Positions 8,824 through 18,776 are shown, counted from the stretch's first letter. The stretch: 64,000 nucleotides of DNA from Candidatus Saccharibacteria bacterium RIFCSPHIGHO2_12_FULL_41_12 (GCA_001790445.1 MGCQ01000001.1:187157-251156); one strand, 5' to 3'. Notes: generated from the letters alone by a model not told the origin. A program made the numbers and translations.

Positions 8824-10086
8824 TTATTTCCCGAGCCAGTCAGCAAACCACTTAGCACTGGGGCGAATTGTTCGTTTCATGCCATGTTTTCTATCTACAG
8901 CTACAAGCCCAAATTTTGGCCACCAACCAAAGCCCCATTCAAAATTATCTAGTAAACTCCAGTGTAAGTAACCTCTCAAATCAACACCTTCACTGATAGC
9001 TCGCTCCATGGCGACTATATTCTCTTCTATCCACCACCGCCTGTATTCATCTCGGGCATCAGCCAGACCGGTTTCCGTGATAAAAATGGGCTTTTTATAA
9101 TGAGCCCAAGCTCGGGTAATAATTGGGTATAGCCCTTCTGGCTCCATGTACCAACCAAGATCACTGACCGGTTGATGTGGGTTTTTGATTTTACCAAGCC
9201 CTGTGTAATAATCCGCAAAATAATAGTTAAGACCTACAAAATCCATAGTTCGGCGCACTCTGTTTAAAAACCACCAATTCCAGACGTAGCGCATCACCTC
9301 TGTTGTTAGAATATCAAATACATTGTGTGGCCTTTTTGGCTGAATATTAGACGTATTTGGTGCAGCGCCAATACTAATATCTTTTCTTTGTTTTTTTATA
9401 ATTTTGTAAGCTCTTCTATGAGCCAGAACAAGATTATAATAAGTAATTCCAGCAGAAAGCATTTTGCCCTTTTTACCCGGAGGCCACTCCCCAAGTATAT
9501 AGCCAAACGACACATAGTTATTGGGCTCATTCAGAATTATTACATACTGAACATCGTCCAGCAATTCATCGGTGATTTTTTGGATAAATCTTTCAAAATA
9601 TTGTAAATTACTTCTTTTTTCAAATCCCTTTTTTTCTGCCAACCAGACAGGTAATGTCCAATGCCAAATATTGAGAAATGGCTCAATCTTTTGTCTGCGT
9701 AGTTCCTTAATATAATTTTTGTAATGTGCTATTGCCTCCTCGTTCCATTTGCCCTCTTCTGGTTCAATCCTCGACCACTCTACCGTAAAACGAAAAGCAT
9801 TAAGATTTAGTTTTTTGACTAAAGCAAAATCTTCTTTGTATCTGTTGTAATGGTCCACACCCGTGCCTGATATATAGTTGTCAGGATCTTCTGCCTCATC
9901 TTTAATCCGGTCCCATGCAGGCAACCAGCTTAGTCGTTGGTGTGCCGTACGAGCCAGTTCTTTGGCGTATTCGGCTTCCCAAATAGTCCATTGATTGTAT
10001 TGACCACCTTCAACTTGGTGAGATGCTGTTGAAGCGCCCCAAAAGAATGTCTTTGGAAAATTATTTAATCTGTTATCTTCAGTCAT
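8824..10086 (-). CDS. Glycoside hydrolase family 1 (beta-glucosidase-like)
   Basis: 420 aa with the acid/base motif LNEPN and the nucleophile motif ITETG. Confidence 0.88.
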   Translation of the reverse strand: MTEDNRLNNFPKTFFWGASTASHQVEGGQYNQWTIWEAEYAKELARTAHQRLSWLPAWDRIKDEAEDPDNYISGTGVDHYNRYKEDFALVKKLNLNAFRFTVEWSRIEPEEGKWNEEAIAHYKNYIKELRRQKIEPFLNIWHWTLPVWLAEKKGFEKRSNLQYFERFIQKITDELLDDVQYVIILNEPNNYVSFGYILGEWPPGKKGKMLSAGITYYNLVLAHRRAYKIIKKQRKDISIGAAPNTSNIQPKRPHNVFDILTTEVMRYVWNWWFLNRVRRTMDFVGLNYYFADYYTGLGKIKNPHQPVSDLGWYMEPEGLYPIITRAWAHYKKPIFITETGLADARDEYRRWWIEENIVAMERAISEGVDLRGYLHWSLLDNFEWGFGWWPKFGLVAVDRKHGMKRTIRPSAKWFADWLGK

Positions 10087-10171
10087 TTTTAACCATTTTT
10101 GTTTTATATTTCCTGTGGATATAGTATATTCTTACTCATAAAATAGCAAGTTTTGCTGTCATATTGTGTGT

Positions 10172-10177
10172 TATAAT
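10172..10177 (+). promoter_or_regulatory. -10 box TATAAT 6 nt upstream of the pyrB ATG (leaderless-type)
   Basis: Sequence is gtgtgTTATAATtttcatATG. No SD lies between the box and the ATG at 10184. Confidence 0.4.
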
Positions 10178-10183
10178 TTTCAT

Positions 10184-11107
10184 ATGCATGTGGTGTCCAT
10201 AGACCAGTTTGATAAAGATGCGCTGTTTGAATTATTTACTAAGACCGATCAGATTAAGGAAGCACTTACTAGCCCTTCAGGGAGAAAAAAGCTTGCTGGT
10301 AAACATCGCGATAAACAAATCTGCACACTGTTTTATGAACCGTCAACTCGTACCCGTCTTAGTTTTGAAACTGCCGGCTACAAATTGGGTTTTGGTGTAG
10401 TCAGTACAGAAAGCGCCGGACAATTCTCTTCCGCCAGCAAGGGTGAGACCATGGAAGACACTATGGGAGTACTCGATGGATATGGCTATAGCGCAGTTAT
10501 AATTCGTCATCCAGAGACGGGCATGATTGGGCGAGCTGCAAAAGTAGCAAAAACGCCAATTATTAACGCTGGTGACGGCGCTGGCGAACACCCCACACAG
10601 TCGCTACTCGATACCTACACAATTTACAGCAACTTTGGTCGTTTGGATAATTTAACAGTTACCATGGGCGGAGACCTTAAATATGGCCGTTGTCCGAGGT
10701 CTCTGGCTAAAGTTTTGGCAAAATTTGACGACAATCATATCAAGTTTGTCTCCACCAAGTCCTTGGCTATTGGGCAAGATATAAAAGATTTTTTGAAGCA
10801 AAACAACACCACATATGAAGAAACCTCTGATATAGAAAAGGGCGTTGCTGGTTCTGATGTGATTTATTGGACTAGGCTTCAAAAAGAACGACTAGATGAA
10901 AAAGATAAGGGTCTCGCACATGGGTTTATAATAGACAAAAATACCCTAAAGTTAATGAAAAAAGACGCAATTATTATGCACCCTCTGCCCCGTGTTGACG
11001 AAATAACCACCGATGTTGACGATGACCCTAGAGCCAAATACTTTGAGCAAGCAGGCAACGGACTTCTTATCCGCATGGCCTTGCTCGACACAATTGCTAC
11101 TGAATAA
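10184..11107 (+). CDS. pyrB: Aspartate carbamoyltransferase catalytic subunit
   Basis: STRTR, HPTQ and HPLPR motifs are present. The track ORF starts at GTG 10166, but that would contain the TATAAT box, so ATG 10184 (MHVVSIDQF...) is preferred. Confidence 0.88.
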   Translation: MHVVSIDQFDKDALFELFTKTDQIKEALTSPSGRKKLAGKHRDKQICTLFYEPSTRTRLSFETAGYKLGFGVVSTESAGQFSSASKGETMEDTMGVLDGYGYSAVIIRHPETGMIGRAAKVAKTPIINAGDGAGEHPTQSLLDTYTIYSNFGRLDNLTVTMGGDLKYGRCPRSLAKVLAKFDDNHIKFVSTKSLAIGQDIKDFLKQNNTTYEETSDIEKGVAGSDVIYWTRLQKERLDEKDKGLAHGFIIDKNTLKLMKKDAIIMHPLPRVDEITTDVDDDPRAKYFEQAGNGLLIRMALLDTIATE

Positions 11108-11125
11108 AGAAGTGAACTTCAAAAA

Positions 11126-11669
11126 CAACCTTTCGCCGGCACTAAAGTGCCTGATGCAACATACTTTCTTGTGTTGACAAGAAAGTATGCAAAGAAGCAA
11201 CAGGCGGTTGAACAAACTTGAAGTGATTTCTTGTCGAGGATTACAACAGCTTGCGGAACTCATCCCGCCACGGCGGGGCTCAGACAGTCCTCAGCTGATA
11301 GTTGTAATCTCGACGAAATCTCTCAGGTTTGCTCAAGGCCTGACCAACAATCTGTATATTTTCAAAGAAAATATTATTAATACTTTAGACTGCTTTTGGT
11401 CCCCTTTTAAAAACACCTTTGGATTATTCAATACCAAAACAGATTAATCTGAGGACTAGGCTTTATGCCCGACTGGAAGGAGTCCCGCAAGAGTAGTTTG
11501 TTTTGGTATTGAATAATTAAGGGTAATTGTTTTTAAACCGGGGTGGCACTTTTTGCTTACTTTTTCTTGCTATTGAGAAAAAGTAAGGTGATAAAAGCCT
11601 CTTTGGAGGCTTTAGCGCAATGCAGCTAACCCTTAGTCAAGAATTTTTTGACACAAAAATGGAACAAAG
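11126..11669 (+). repeat. Family-1 composite structured intergenic element, copy B (long, rearranged form)
   Basis: Modules present: outer hairpin 11138-11151; HP1 11160-11189; core arms 11233-11247 / 11301-11314; apical GC hairpin 11264-11277; stem 11423-11442 / 11497-11517 carrying the X module 11451-11488; HP2 11556-11587; outer hairpin 11594-11613; end piece 11650-11669. Confidence 0.8.
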
Positions 11670-11690
11670 ATTTGGTTCTTTGGAAAAGAA

Positions 11691-12389
11691 CTACTTTAAT
11701 TTAAGGTAGTGTTGGCGGGTTTGTTCAGGCAATTTTTCTATTGAGTATCTCAGCATAGTTCTAGGCATTTCGTGCGCATGTTTATCCAAAAAATCTATTA
11801 ATATCGCCTCATCCACCCTACCCCCAACTTCTCTAAGCATCCAGCCCACCGCCTTATGGATCAAATCATGGTTATCTTTTAGTAATTTTTCGGCTAATTC
11901 TATTGATGTAACTGCGTGACCATTTTTTATGAAATGAAAAGTTGCCAATACTGCAACTCGTCTCTGCCACAAATTATCACTACTTGCCAGATCAAACAGT
12001 AAATCACGCGGTTTATCTATCAAATATCCACCAACTATCTGATGAGCAGAACTATCGACTATATCCCAGTTATTTACTCTATTTCTGTAGACATTATTCA
12101 GATACAAATCAAATATTTTTTGCTTATTTTTGTTAAATTGGTTAACCAGCAAAATAACTGCCGCCAAACGATGCTCATGGATCGGGCTATCAAGTAGCTT
12201 CTGTATTTCCCCCAGCGATAAGTCCTTAAACACTTTGCAAACTTTGCGGGTATCTGGCACGCGCGCGCCAATAAACACGTCTCCTTCCCCATATTCTCCT
12301 TCGCCAGTCTTGAAAAATCTCTGCAAAAAACTTGCGTCACTGTCACTAGCATATTTTTGGATAGCCAGTTCAAAATCCTCAGCCGTCAT
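11691..12389 (-). CDS. DNA alkylation repair protein (AlkD/AlkC-like HEAT-repeat glycosylase family)
   Basis: 232 aa. N-terminal FLQRFFKTGEGEYGEGDVFIGARVPDTRK is typical of this family. Confidence 0.75.
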   Translation of the reverse strand: MTAEDFELAIQKYASDSDASFLQRFFKTGEGEYGEGDVFIGARVPDTRKVCKVFKDLSLGEIQKLLDSPIHEHRLAAVILLVNQFNKNKQKIFDLYLNNVYRNRVNNWDIVDSSAHQIVGGYLIDKPRDLLFDLASSDNLWQRRVAVLATFHFIKNGHAVTSIELAEKLLKDNHDLIHKAVGWMLREVGGRVDEAILIDFLDKHAHEMPRTMLRYSIEKLPEQTRQHYLKLK

Positions 12390-12390
12390 A

Positions 12391-12837
12391 TCATCTCTCT
12401 AGTATTTGGCGGGGGTTGCCAGAGAAGTTGACTTCGTCAAAGAGTATGAAAGATTTTGGTGTAAATTTATATAGATCATGTTGGTTTGTACCAGCTACAA
12501 AATTATCGTAAAAATCCGCGCCCTGGCCGTATTTTTTTACATACTCACCCATCACCTTTTTGACAATTTCTGGGTCTTTGACCACTGTTGAGAGACCCTC
12601 AGACTGGATACCAATAATTGGCCAGTCAGACTTTACTGCTATGGCAATCGCTGTTTTATTATTATCGGCAATCTCCCTACTATGTCGTCGTGCAGGCGTA
12701 CTTAGCCAGTACAAATTCTGCTGATCATCAGCCACAAAAAATACCGTACAAATCCACGGCTGATCACCGCTAACCGATGCAATTTGCATCATCTTCATCC
12801 TGTTCAAGTGTGTTTTTATTAGGTCACTAACCTGCAC
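12391..12837 (-). CDS. Pyridoxamine 5'-phosphate oxidase-family (FMN-binding split-barrel) protein
   Basis: 148 aa with a split-barrel-like pattern. GTG start. Confidence 0.55.
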   Translation of the reverse strand: MQVSDLIKTHLNRMKMMQIASVSGDQPWICTVFFVADDQQNLYWLSTPARRHSREIADNNKTAIAIAVKSDWPIIGIQSEGLSTVVKDPEIVKKVMGEYVKKYGQGADFYDNFVAGTNQHDLYKFTPKSFILFDEVNFSGNPRQILER

Positions 12838-13073
12838 ATTAACCTTCAGTCTCTTGTGTTAAAACGCTAGTTTTAAACTCATTTAATATCTGCTCAAAAG
12901 ACTCAATGAGTATATCTAGTTTACAATTCATGATCTCTAAAATCTCGTTGATAGAGCTATCGTCCATATTCATATCTAGTAAATTATACCATTCCATCCC
13001 GAATATTTTTTGATATCATTTTTGATACACGTGCATGCAAAATGATATTGAGTGAACAATAGTTTTTGAAGTT

Positions 13074-13655
13074 TCATAGCAGTTTTTCGAGCAGTTCCGG
13101 GAACTCTACCGTGCCCATTTCTTCTATTCTAAAATGGCCGTGATTCGGTAGAGATATTAACTCTGCGCCTTTGATAGTATCAGCAAGCATCTTAGCGGAT
13201 TTTTGGGTGCTTTCCATGTCATTATCAGATGTAAATATATAAATACCATTTGTTCTACTTACCAGATTTGGATCAATTTCGAAGTCGAAAAAGCTTCGAT
13301 CTTCCCAGCTTATTCCTAGAGACGGAGCGACTAATGCGACTTTACCAACTCTAAGACCATTGTTCTCACTCAGATATCGCACCCAAAATCCACCGCCACA
13401 ACTATGCCCAACCAAAGTTGTATCCTGATCAATCTCAAACCGCTCAACCTCTTTCTTCCAAATATCATATTTAGGTTCATAGGCATGTGGAATCTCTGGA
13501 GCAACAGCCAATATATCTCTTGTGATCAGCTGTTTTGAAAGCCACGGGACCCAATGATTGTTCGATGGACTAGGATATTTAGGATCATAATGCTTATCCT
13601 TACTCGGCTTCCCATGCAAAATAATCGCCCGTTTCATACGACTATTATGACACAC
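13074..13655 (-). CDS. Alpha/beta serine hydrolase (YdeN/RBBP9-like)
   Basis: 193 aa with the nucleophile elbow GHSCGG and a C-terminal NHGHF motif. Confidence 0.65.
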   Translation of the reverse strand: MCHNSRMKRAIILHGKPSKDKHYDPKYPSPSNNHWVPWLSKQLITRDILAVAPEIPHAYEPKYDIWKKEVERFEIDQDTTLVGHSCGGGFWVRYLSENNGLRVGKVALVAPSLGISWEDRSFFDFEIDPNLVSRTNGIYIFTSDNDMESTQKSAKMLADTIKGAELISLPNHGHFRIEEMGTVEFPELLEKLL

Positions 13656-14935
13656 TACTCATCGTCTGAAGGAACCAGCGTAGCAAACAAATCGTCAACG
13701 GTTTCTTTTCGACGTATCAAACGCGGTGCCTCATCGCCAGCGTCATTAATCAATACTTCGCCAGCCCGAAGTTTGCCGTTGTAATTGAAACCCATTGCCC
13801 GTCCGTGCGCTCCAGTAGTATGAATTACCATGATATCACCTTCTTGAGTCTTTGGTAGCTCACGGTCTATAGCAAATTGATCGTTATTTTCACACAAACT
13901 ACCTGCAACATTTACTGTTTCTGTGTCTTCCGGGTCAAAATCTGGTCTATCACTTAAAACTGTAATGTGATGATAAGCTCCGTACATTCCTGGTCGCATA
14001 AAATCAGCCATCGTAGCGTCAACTCCAACAAATGTTTTATGAGTATCCTTGCGATTGATAACTTGCGCTAACAAAAACCCTGCATCCGCAGTAACCCAAC
14101 GACCATTTTCCGTAATAACTTGGGGTGAGCCTAATTTGTCCATACCCATGTCAGCATAAAGCTCGCTCAATTCTGCCCCGTATGATTCGATATCAAAATC
14201 TTCTTGCTCAGGCCTGTAAGCTACACCAAAGCCCCCTCCAAGATTGATCATTTCCATATCAATGCCAACGAATTTCTTAATTTTTCCAGCAAGCTCAAAC
14301 ATGTGCCGAGCTATGGCTAAATGATTTTTATGGTCAAGCTCGTTACTGAGAAGCATAGTGTGCAGCCCAAAACGCTCAACCCCACTACCCTTTAACAACC
14401 TATACGCCTCAACTATTTGTGGGTCTGGCATACCGAACTTAGCCTCACTCGGTTTGCCAATAATATCCTCATTTACTCCTTCAAACTCAATATCACCAGG
14501 GTTTGACCTACAAAAAGCTATCGGCAAAGTTGGCCTATTTTGACCTACAAACCTTTCGACTAGTGATAAATCGTCGAAGTTAATCATTGCATGCGCACCT
14601 ACAGCAGCGTCGAATTCCCCATCTGCCGTATTGTTTGACGTAAAGATCATTTGTTCACCCTCTGCACCCGCTCTCTGGGCCAATGTGATTTCTGGCGGGC
14701 TACTACAATCAAAACCCATGCCTTGTTCTCTAGCAATTTCTAATATTTCCGGATTTGGCAAAGCCTTAACTGCAAAATAATTTTTACATACCTGATCACC
14801 TACCCGCATAGCCCAGTCGTATTGTACACATCTACCTCGAATGGCCGCTGCATCATAAACATACACCGGTGAACCAGCATCCGGCACCTCCATTAGTGCC
14901 TGTGTTTGTTCGTATCCTAAATCCCAAGTACGCAT
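13655..14935 (-). CDS. lysA: PLP-dependent diaminopimelate decarboxylase (Orn/DAP/Arg decarboxylase fold)
   Basis: 426 aa with the GGGFGV motif and alanine-racemase-like barrel plus beta-domain patterns. Adjacent to dapL. Confidence 0.75.
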   Translation of the reverse strand: MRTWDLGYEQTQALMEVPDAGSPVYVYDAAAIRGRCVQYDWAMRVGDQVCKNYFAVKALPNPEILEIAREQGMGFDCSSPPEITLAQRAGAEGEQMIFTSNNTADGEFDAAVGAHAMINFDDLSLVERFVGQNRPTLPIAFCRSNPGDIEFEGVNEDIIGKPSEAKFGMPDPQIVEAYRLLKGSGVERFGLHTMLLSNELDHKNHLAIARHMFELAGKIKKFVGIDMEMINLGGGFGVAYRPEQEDFDIESYGAELSELYADMGMDKLGSPQVITENGRWVTADAGFLLAQVINRKDTHKTFVGVDATMADFMRPGMYGAYHHITVLSDRPDFDPEDTETVNVAGSLCENNDQFAIDRELPKTQEGDIMVIHTTGAHGRAMGFNYNGKLRAGEVLINDAGDEAPRLIRRKETVDDLFATLVPSDDE

Positions 14936-14943
14936 GATATATC

Positions 14944-16185
14944 CTAAAGCTTAAGTTGACCTATTCGCTCTACTGCTTCCTTAACATTTTTACGAGCACC
15001 AAATGCGCTTAATCTGACAAAGCCTTCACCCTGTCTGCCAAAACCTACCCCCGGAGTACCTACAACATGCGCTTCTTGCATTAGCTTGTCAAAGAAATCC
15101 CAAGAGCTTAGATCGTTCGGTGTTTTTACCCAAACAAAAGGTGCATTTTCTCCTCCATAAGCTTCCATACCTAGCTTGCCCAAGTTCTCTCTTATGATCC
15201 TAGCATTTCCCATATAGTAATCAATTAATTCTTGGGATTCTTTTTGACCTGCAGGAGTTAGTGCTGCAATTCCAGCTAATTGTGCGATATTAGACGCTCC
15301 ATTAAATGTAGTAGCCTGTTTTCTGCCCCAGATCTGTTTGACTTCCTCTTTTTCTGTGCCCTCTACCACAAGCTCATCAGGTATAATAGTCCAGCCTAAG
15401 CGCACCCCCGTAAATCCATCAGTTTTTGAAAAGCTACATATTTCGATCGCGCACTCATTTGCCCCATCAACTTGATAAATAGTTCTTGGTAAATCTTTGT
15501 CAGATATGTAACCAGAGTAGGCGGCGTCATGAATAATCACTGCTTTATGCTCTCGAGCATAATCTACAAAAGTTTTCAATTGGTCATGAGTGGCCACTGC
15601 ACCAGTTGGATTATTCGGATTACATAGATAAATTATGTCAACTTTTTTGCTTGGCACTTCCGGGAAAAATCCATTCTCTTTAGTGCAGGGCATATAGACA
15701 ATTCCCTCATACCTGTCGTCTATGGAACGTCCCGCTTTGCCACCCATTACGGCTGCCTCCACATATGGTGGATAAGTTGGGTCTTGAGCCGCAACAACTG
15801 AATCAGGTGAAAAAATTGTTTGGATACCAGCTGTATCTGACTTTGCGCCATCATTGACAAAGACTTCGTCAGGGTACGGGAATCTGGTTGCAAACGGGAA
15901 TCTGGTTGCAATTCGTTCGTAATGACTAGCAACGGCTTCTCTTAGTCCACGCATACCCCGCTCATCACCGTAACCCATATAAGTTTTTGGGTCTGACATT
16001 AGATCAACAGCTTTATGCATCCCATCAATCACAGTTTGAGTCAATGGCAGAGTTGTATCACCAATACCAAGCCTGATAAGCTCGACTTCAGGATTCTGCT
16101 CCGTGAATGCACTTGTCCTATCAGCTATTTCCGTAAATAAATACGAAGCCTTTATATTTCCAAAAGTTTCGTTAACATGCGCCAC
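14944..16185 (-). CDS. dapL: LL-diaminopimelate aminotransferase
   Basis: 413 aa with the N-terminal NETFGNIKASYLFTEI region and PLP-lysine motif SFSKTDGFTGVRLG, both typical of DapL. Confidence 0.8.
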   Translation of the reverse strand: MAHVNETFGNIKASYLFTEIADRTSAFTEQNPEVELIRLGIGDTTLPLTQTVIDGMHKAVDLMSDPKTYMGYGDERGMRGLREAVASHYERIATRFPFATRFPYPDEVFVNDGAKSDTAGIQTIFSPDSVVAAQDPTYPPYVEAAVMGGKAGRSIDDRYEGIVYMPCTKENGFFPEVPSKKVDIIYLCNPNNPTGAVATHDQLKTFVDYAREHKAVIIHDAAYSGYISDKDLPRTIYQVDGANECAIEICSFSKTDGFTGVRLGWTIIPDELVVEGTEKEEVKQIWGRKQATTFNGASNIAQLAGIAALTPAGQKESQELIDYYMGNARIIRENLGKLGMEAYGGENAPFVWVKTPNDLSSWDFFDKLMQEAHVVGTPGVGFGRQGEGFVRLSAFGARKNVKEAVERIGQLKL

Positions 16186-16279
16186 TGTATACTCCTTGTC
16201 ATTGCCACCCTGCGCTTGTCATAGCACTTAATCGATATTTTATATCAGATTGGCAGTAATCCAAAGCATAAGCAAGAAG

Positions 16280-16540
16280 TTATTTTTGAATTTTTAGACT
16301 ATATTGGTGAATAATATGCCAGATTTCTGTGATCATATCTGGATCCAGCTCATTTTGCGCAGATTTGTCAGTCAACCTCTTTAAAATCCCGTCAAACCTA
16401 GCTTGTTGCAGACTATCAATACCTTTTTGTTTTTTAAGCACCCCTATTTGCCTGACTAATTCAAACCTTTGGGATAGCAGATCCAGCAACTTACTATCTA
16501 TCTCATCTATATCGCTCCGCAAATCGTCTAACTCTGGCAT
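16280..16540 (-). CDS. Chorismate mutase (AroQ class)
   Basis: 86 aa with LRSDIDEIDSKLLDLLSQRFELVRQIG, typical of the AroQ helix 1. Confidence 0.8.
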   Translation of the reverse strand: MPELDDLRSDIDEIDSKLLDLLSQRFELVRQIGVLKKQKGIDSLQQARFDGILKRLTDKSAQNELDPDMITEIWHIIHQYSLKIQK

Positions 16541-16542
16541 AA

Positions 16543-17022
16543 TTATGCTACCGCAAGCTTGCCAGCCTCAAGGTAATTAGCGACATTAGCATGATAGCCC
16601 TCAATACACTCTTCTATCCTACCCCTTAATGACCCACAAATCCCACGCATAGCAAGTCTCACCGGAAAACTTCCAGGCTCCAACAGGAATTTATAAAGGG
16701 CATCTGTACCTTTACCGTTATCACTAAGATCGATAGATAAGGCCATATGCACAAAACTCGACCCTTCTCCTCCTTCTATCTTGATACACCTACCTTTTTT
16801 AAATTCTCTAACTTTGCTATCTACGTGACCTAAAATTGGTATATTATCCATAGACATACCGAGAGGAACCCCTAGTGCTAAGTTGCTTAAAGCTTCTTCT
16901 GTTTCAAAATGAATCCCGCCTACACCGTTTGGCAGTAGATCAACAAGGCTACCAGCGTAAAATACATCACGCCTTTTAAATCCCAGATATACTTCATTCG
17001 TTATTTCAATCATGATACTCAC
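16543..17022 (-). CDS. Hypothetical protein, 2 nt from the chorismate mutase start
   Basis: 159-aa ORF with no family recognised. Its stop lies 2 nt before the start of the chorismate mutase gene. Confidence 0.45.
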   Translation of the reverse strand: MSIMIEITNEVYLGFKRRDVFYAGSLVDLLPNGVGGIHFETEEALSNLALGVPLGMSMDNIPILGHVDSKVREFKKGRCIKIEGGEGSSFVHMALSIDLSDNGKGTDALYKFLLEPGSFPVRLAMRGICGSLRGRIEECIEGYHANVANYLEAGKLAVA

Positions 17023-17426
17023 TGACCTATGGGCTATTAAATCACATCGTTTAACGTTTTGCTACAAAATTATAGCAACAAAATTGAGCCAACGGTGATA
17101 ATTGAGACCATCTACTACTCCGTTTTCTGGCTTGCTATCCAGTGCATTACTACCGCTACACAAACCAAATATGGAAACCAATTTATCAGCGTATCACTTG
17201 CAGAATGGCTATGTCTATCTATTGCCGTAAAATTATAACAACAAAATAAATCATAGGAATATACGGCAAAGCACCCTGCCACGTTATCGGCAGATAACTA
17301 CCTCTGACCTTTTTGAACCATGGTTTTTGTTTGTTTTTTTTATTTTTGTTCATTGTTTTTGGCGAACTTTTTATAATGTTATTGTTCTAGAAATAGATTA
17401 TACCGCTTATGTTAAATTTCCTACAG

Positions 17427-17654
17427 CTAACTGTCGTCGATAGATATTACTTTGATGGAGCTGGTTAGACCTCTGATGATTTCTATTTGAGATTTTGTCA
17501 CGTCGTAGTGCTCCGCCAGCAGTTTGATCACTGCCCTGTTTGCCTTGCCGCCAATCGCAGGCTCTTTAACATGCACCAGCAACGACCCGTCAAAAGCCGG
17601 CTGGACAAACTCGCCTTTTTTACTACTTGGCTTAACCTTGATCGTAACTTTCAT
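17427..17654 (-). CDS. DUF167 (YggU-like) protein
   Basis: 75 aa with the pattern VKPSSKK...V...PA.GGKAN..vikllA, typical of YggU. Confidence 0.7.
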   Translation of the reverse strand: MKVTIKVKPSSKKGEFVQPAFDGSLLVHVKEPAIGGKANRAVIKLLAEHYDVTKSQIEIIRGLTSSIKVISIDDS

Positions 17655-17663
17655 CTTGGTTGG

Positions 17664-17669
17664 ATTATA
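17664..17669 (-). promoter_or_regulatory. -10 box TATAAT 9 nt upstream of the ATG of the DUF167 gene (leaderless-type)
   Basis: Minus strand reads TATAAT-CCAACCAAG-ATG with no SD. Confidence 0.45.
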
Positions 17670-17708
17670 ACAGAGTGCACGTTTTAAGAGGTAAATTTCA
17701 TCAATTCA

Positions 17709-18776
17709 TCAACGACTGCCTTGTGAGACATATTCAGTGATCTCGCGGTATCTTGTAGCGTTAAGTCCCAGGCTCTCCAACTTATCGACGTATTTCTGCG
17801 CTTCAGCAAGATGAAAGTCAAGTTTCTTTTGCACCTCATCTGGTCCTAAAACCGTGACATAATTTGGCTTCTTGTTTTTTGCATCTTGGTTTTCAGATTT
17901 TCCTGTCTTTTTAATCGGCGCCCGAACGTCATCAATATCATCTTTTACCTGCCAGGCTATACCTAGGTGATACGCGTAGTATAACAAAGGTTGTTTTGCC
18001 TCTTCTGGACATTTTGTTCCGGCGATAATAACTACCCCCATTATCGCCGACTCAATGGCCAAACCTGTTTTTAAATACGAAATCCTATCTAAATCATCTA
18101 CTTTTATATCCTTTGGTGATTTATTACGTAACCTCAAATCTTCACCTTGCCCCTTACATAGTCCATTTTCACCACACACCGTGCTCATATAATCAGCAAG
18201 CTCATAATTAGAGCCATTGTCCCTGTCTGCAATTACAATAAGTTTATAAGCATTATTGATCATAGCAATGGCTGTCAACTGGGCTTCCCATTCGCTGAAC
18301 GCCACATGAAGTGCATCCACACCTCTTCTCTTAGAACTGTTATCTTGCGCGGGGAGATCATCAACAATCAAAGACGCTGTATGAAGAAGCTCCAATGCGA
18401 CACAGAATTCGGCAAGATCATCACGAGGAATACCTAACATATCCCCAGTCATAAATGCCACAACCGGTCTAAGTCTTTTTGCAGTGCCTGCAAGTAGACT
18501 GTGATCATACGTTTTAGCAAAATAATTTGCCACGTTTAGAGATCGTTCCTGGTTGTTTATAGCAGTAGGACTTGGCACACCGTCAGATCGTCGTAGGTTA
18601 TTGATAGCAATGTCCGAGGTAAATCCAACAATACTGCCATCAGCAAACTGTACGGCGCCTCTTAAATACCCATCCCAATCCTGTCCTTGGAGAGCACCGC
18701 CCATCACTTCTGGCGAACCCGGTAGAAACTTGCCTCTTGATCCTTCCATTTGATTATTATATCCTTTTGTAGTCAA
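17709..18776 (-). CDS. Polyprenyl diphosphate synthase (trans-IPPS family)
   Basis: 355 aa with a first Asp-rich motif DDLPAQD and a second motif KDDIDD. Confidence 0.8.
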   Translation of the reverse strand: MTTKGYNNQMEGSRGKFLPGSPEVMGGALQGQDWDGYLRGAVQFADGSIVGFTSDIAINNLRRSDGVPSPTAINNQERSLNVANYFAKTYDHSLLAGTAKRLRPVVAFMTGDMLGIPRDDLAEFCVALELLHTASLIVDDLPAQDNSSKRRGVDALHVAFSEWEAQLTAIAMINNAYKLIVIADRDNGSNYELADYMSTVCGENGLCKGQGEDLRLRNKSPKDIKVDDLDRISYLKTGLAIESAIMGVVIIAGTKCPEEAKQPLLYYAYHLGIAWQVKDDIDDVRAPIKKTGKSENQDAKNKKPNYVTVLGPDEVQKKLDFHLAEAQKYVDKLESLGLNATRYREITEYVSQGSR

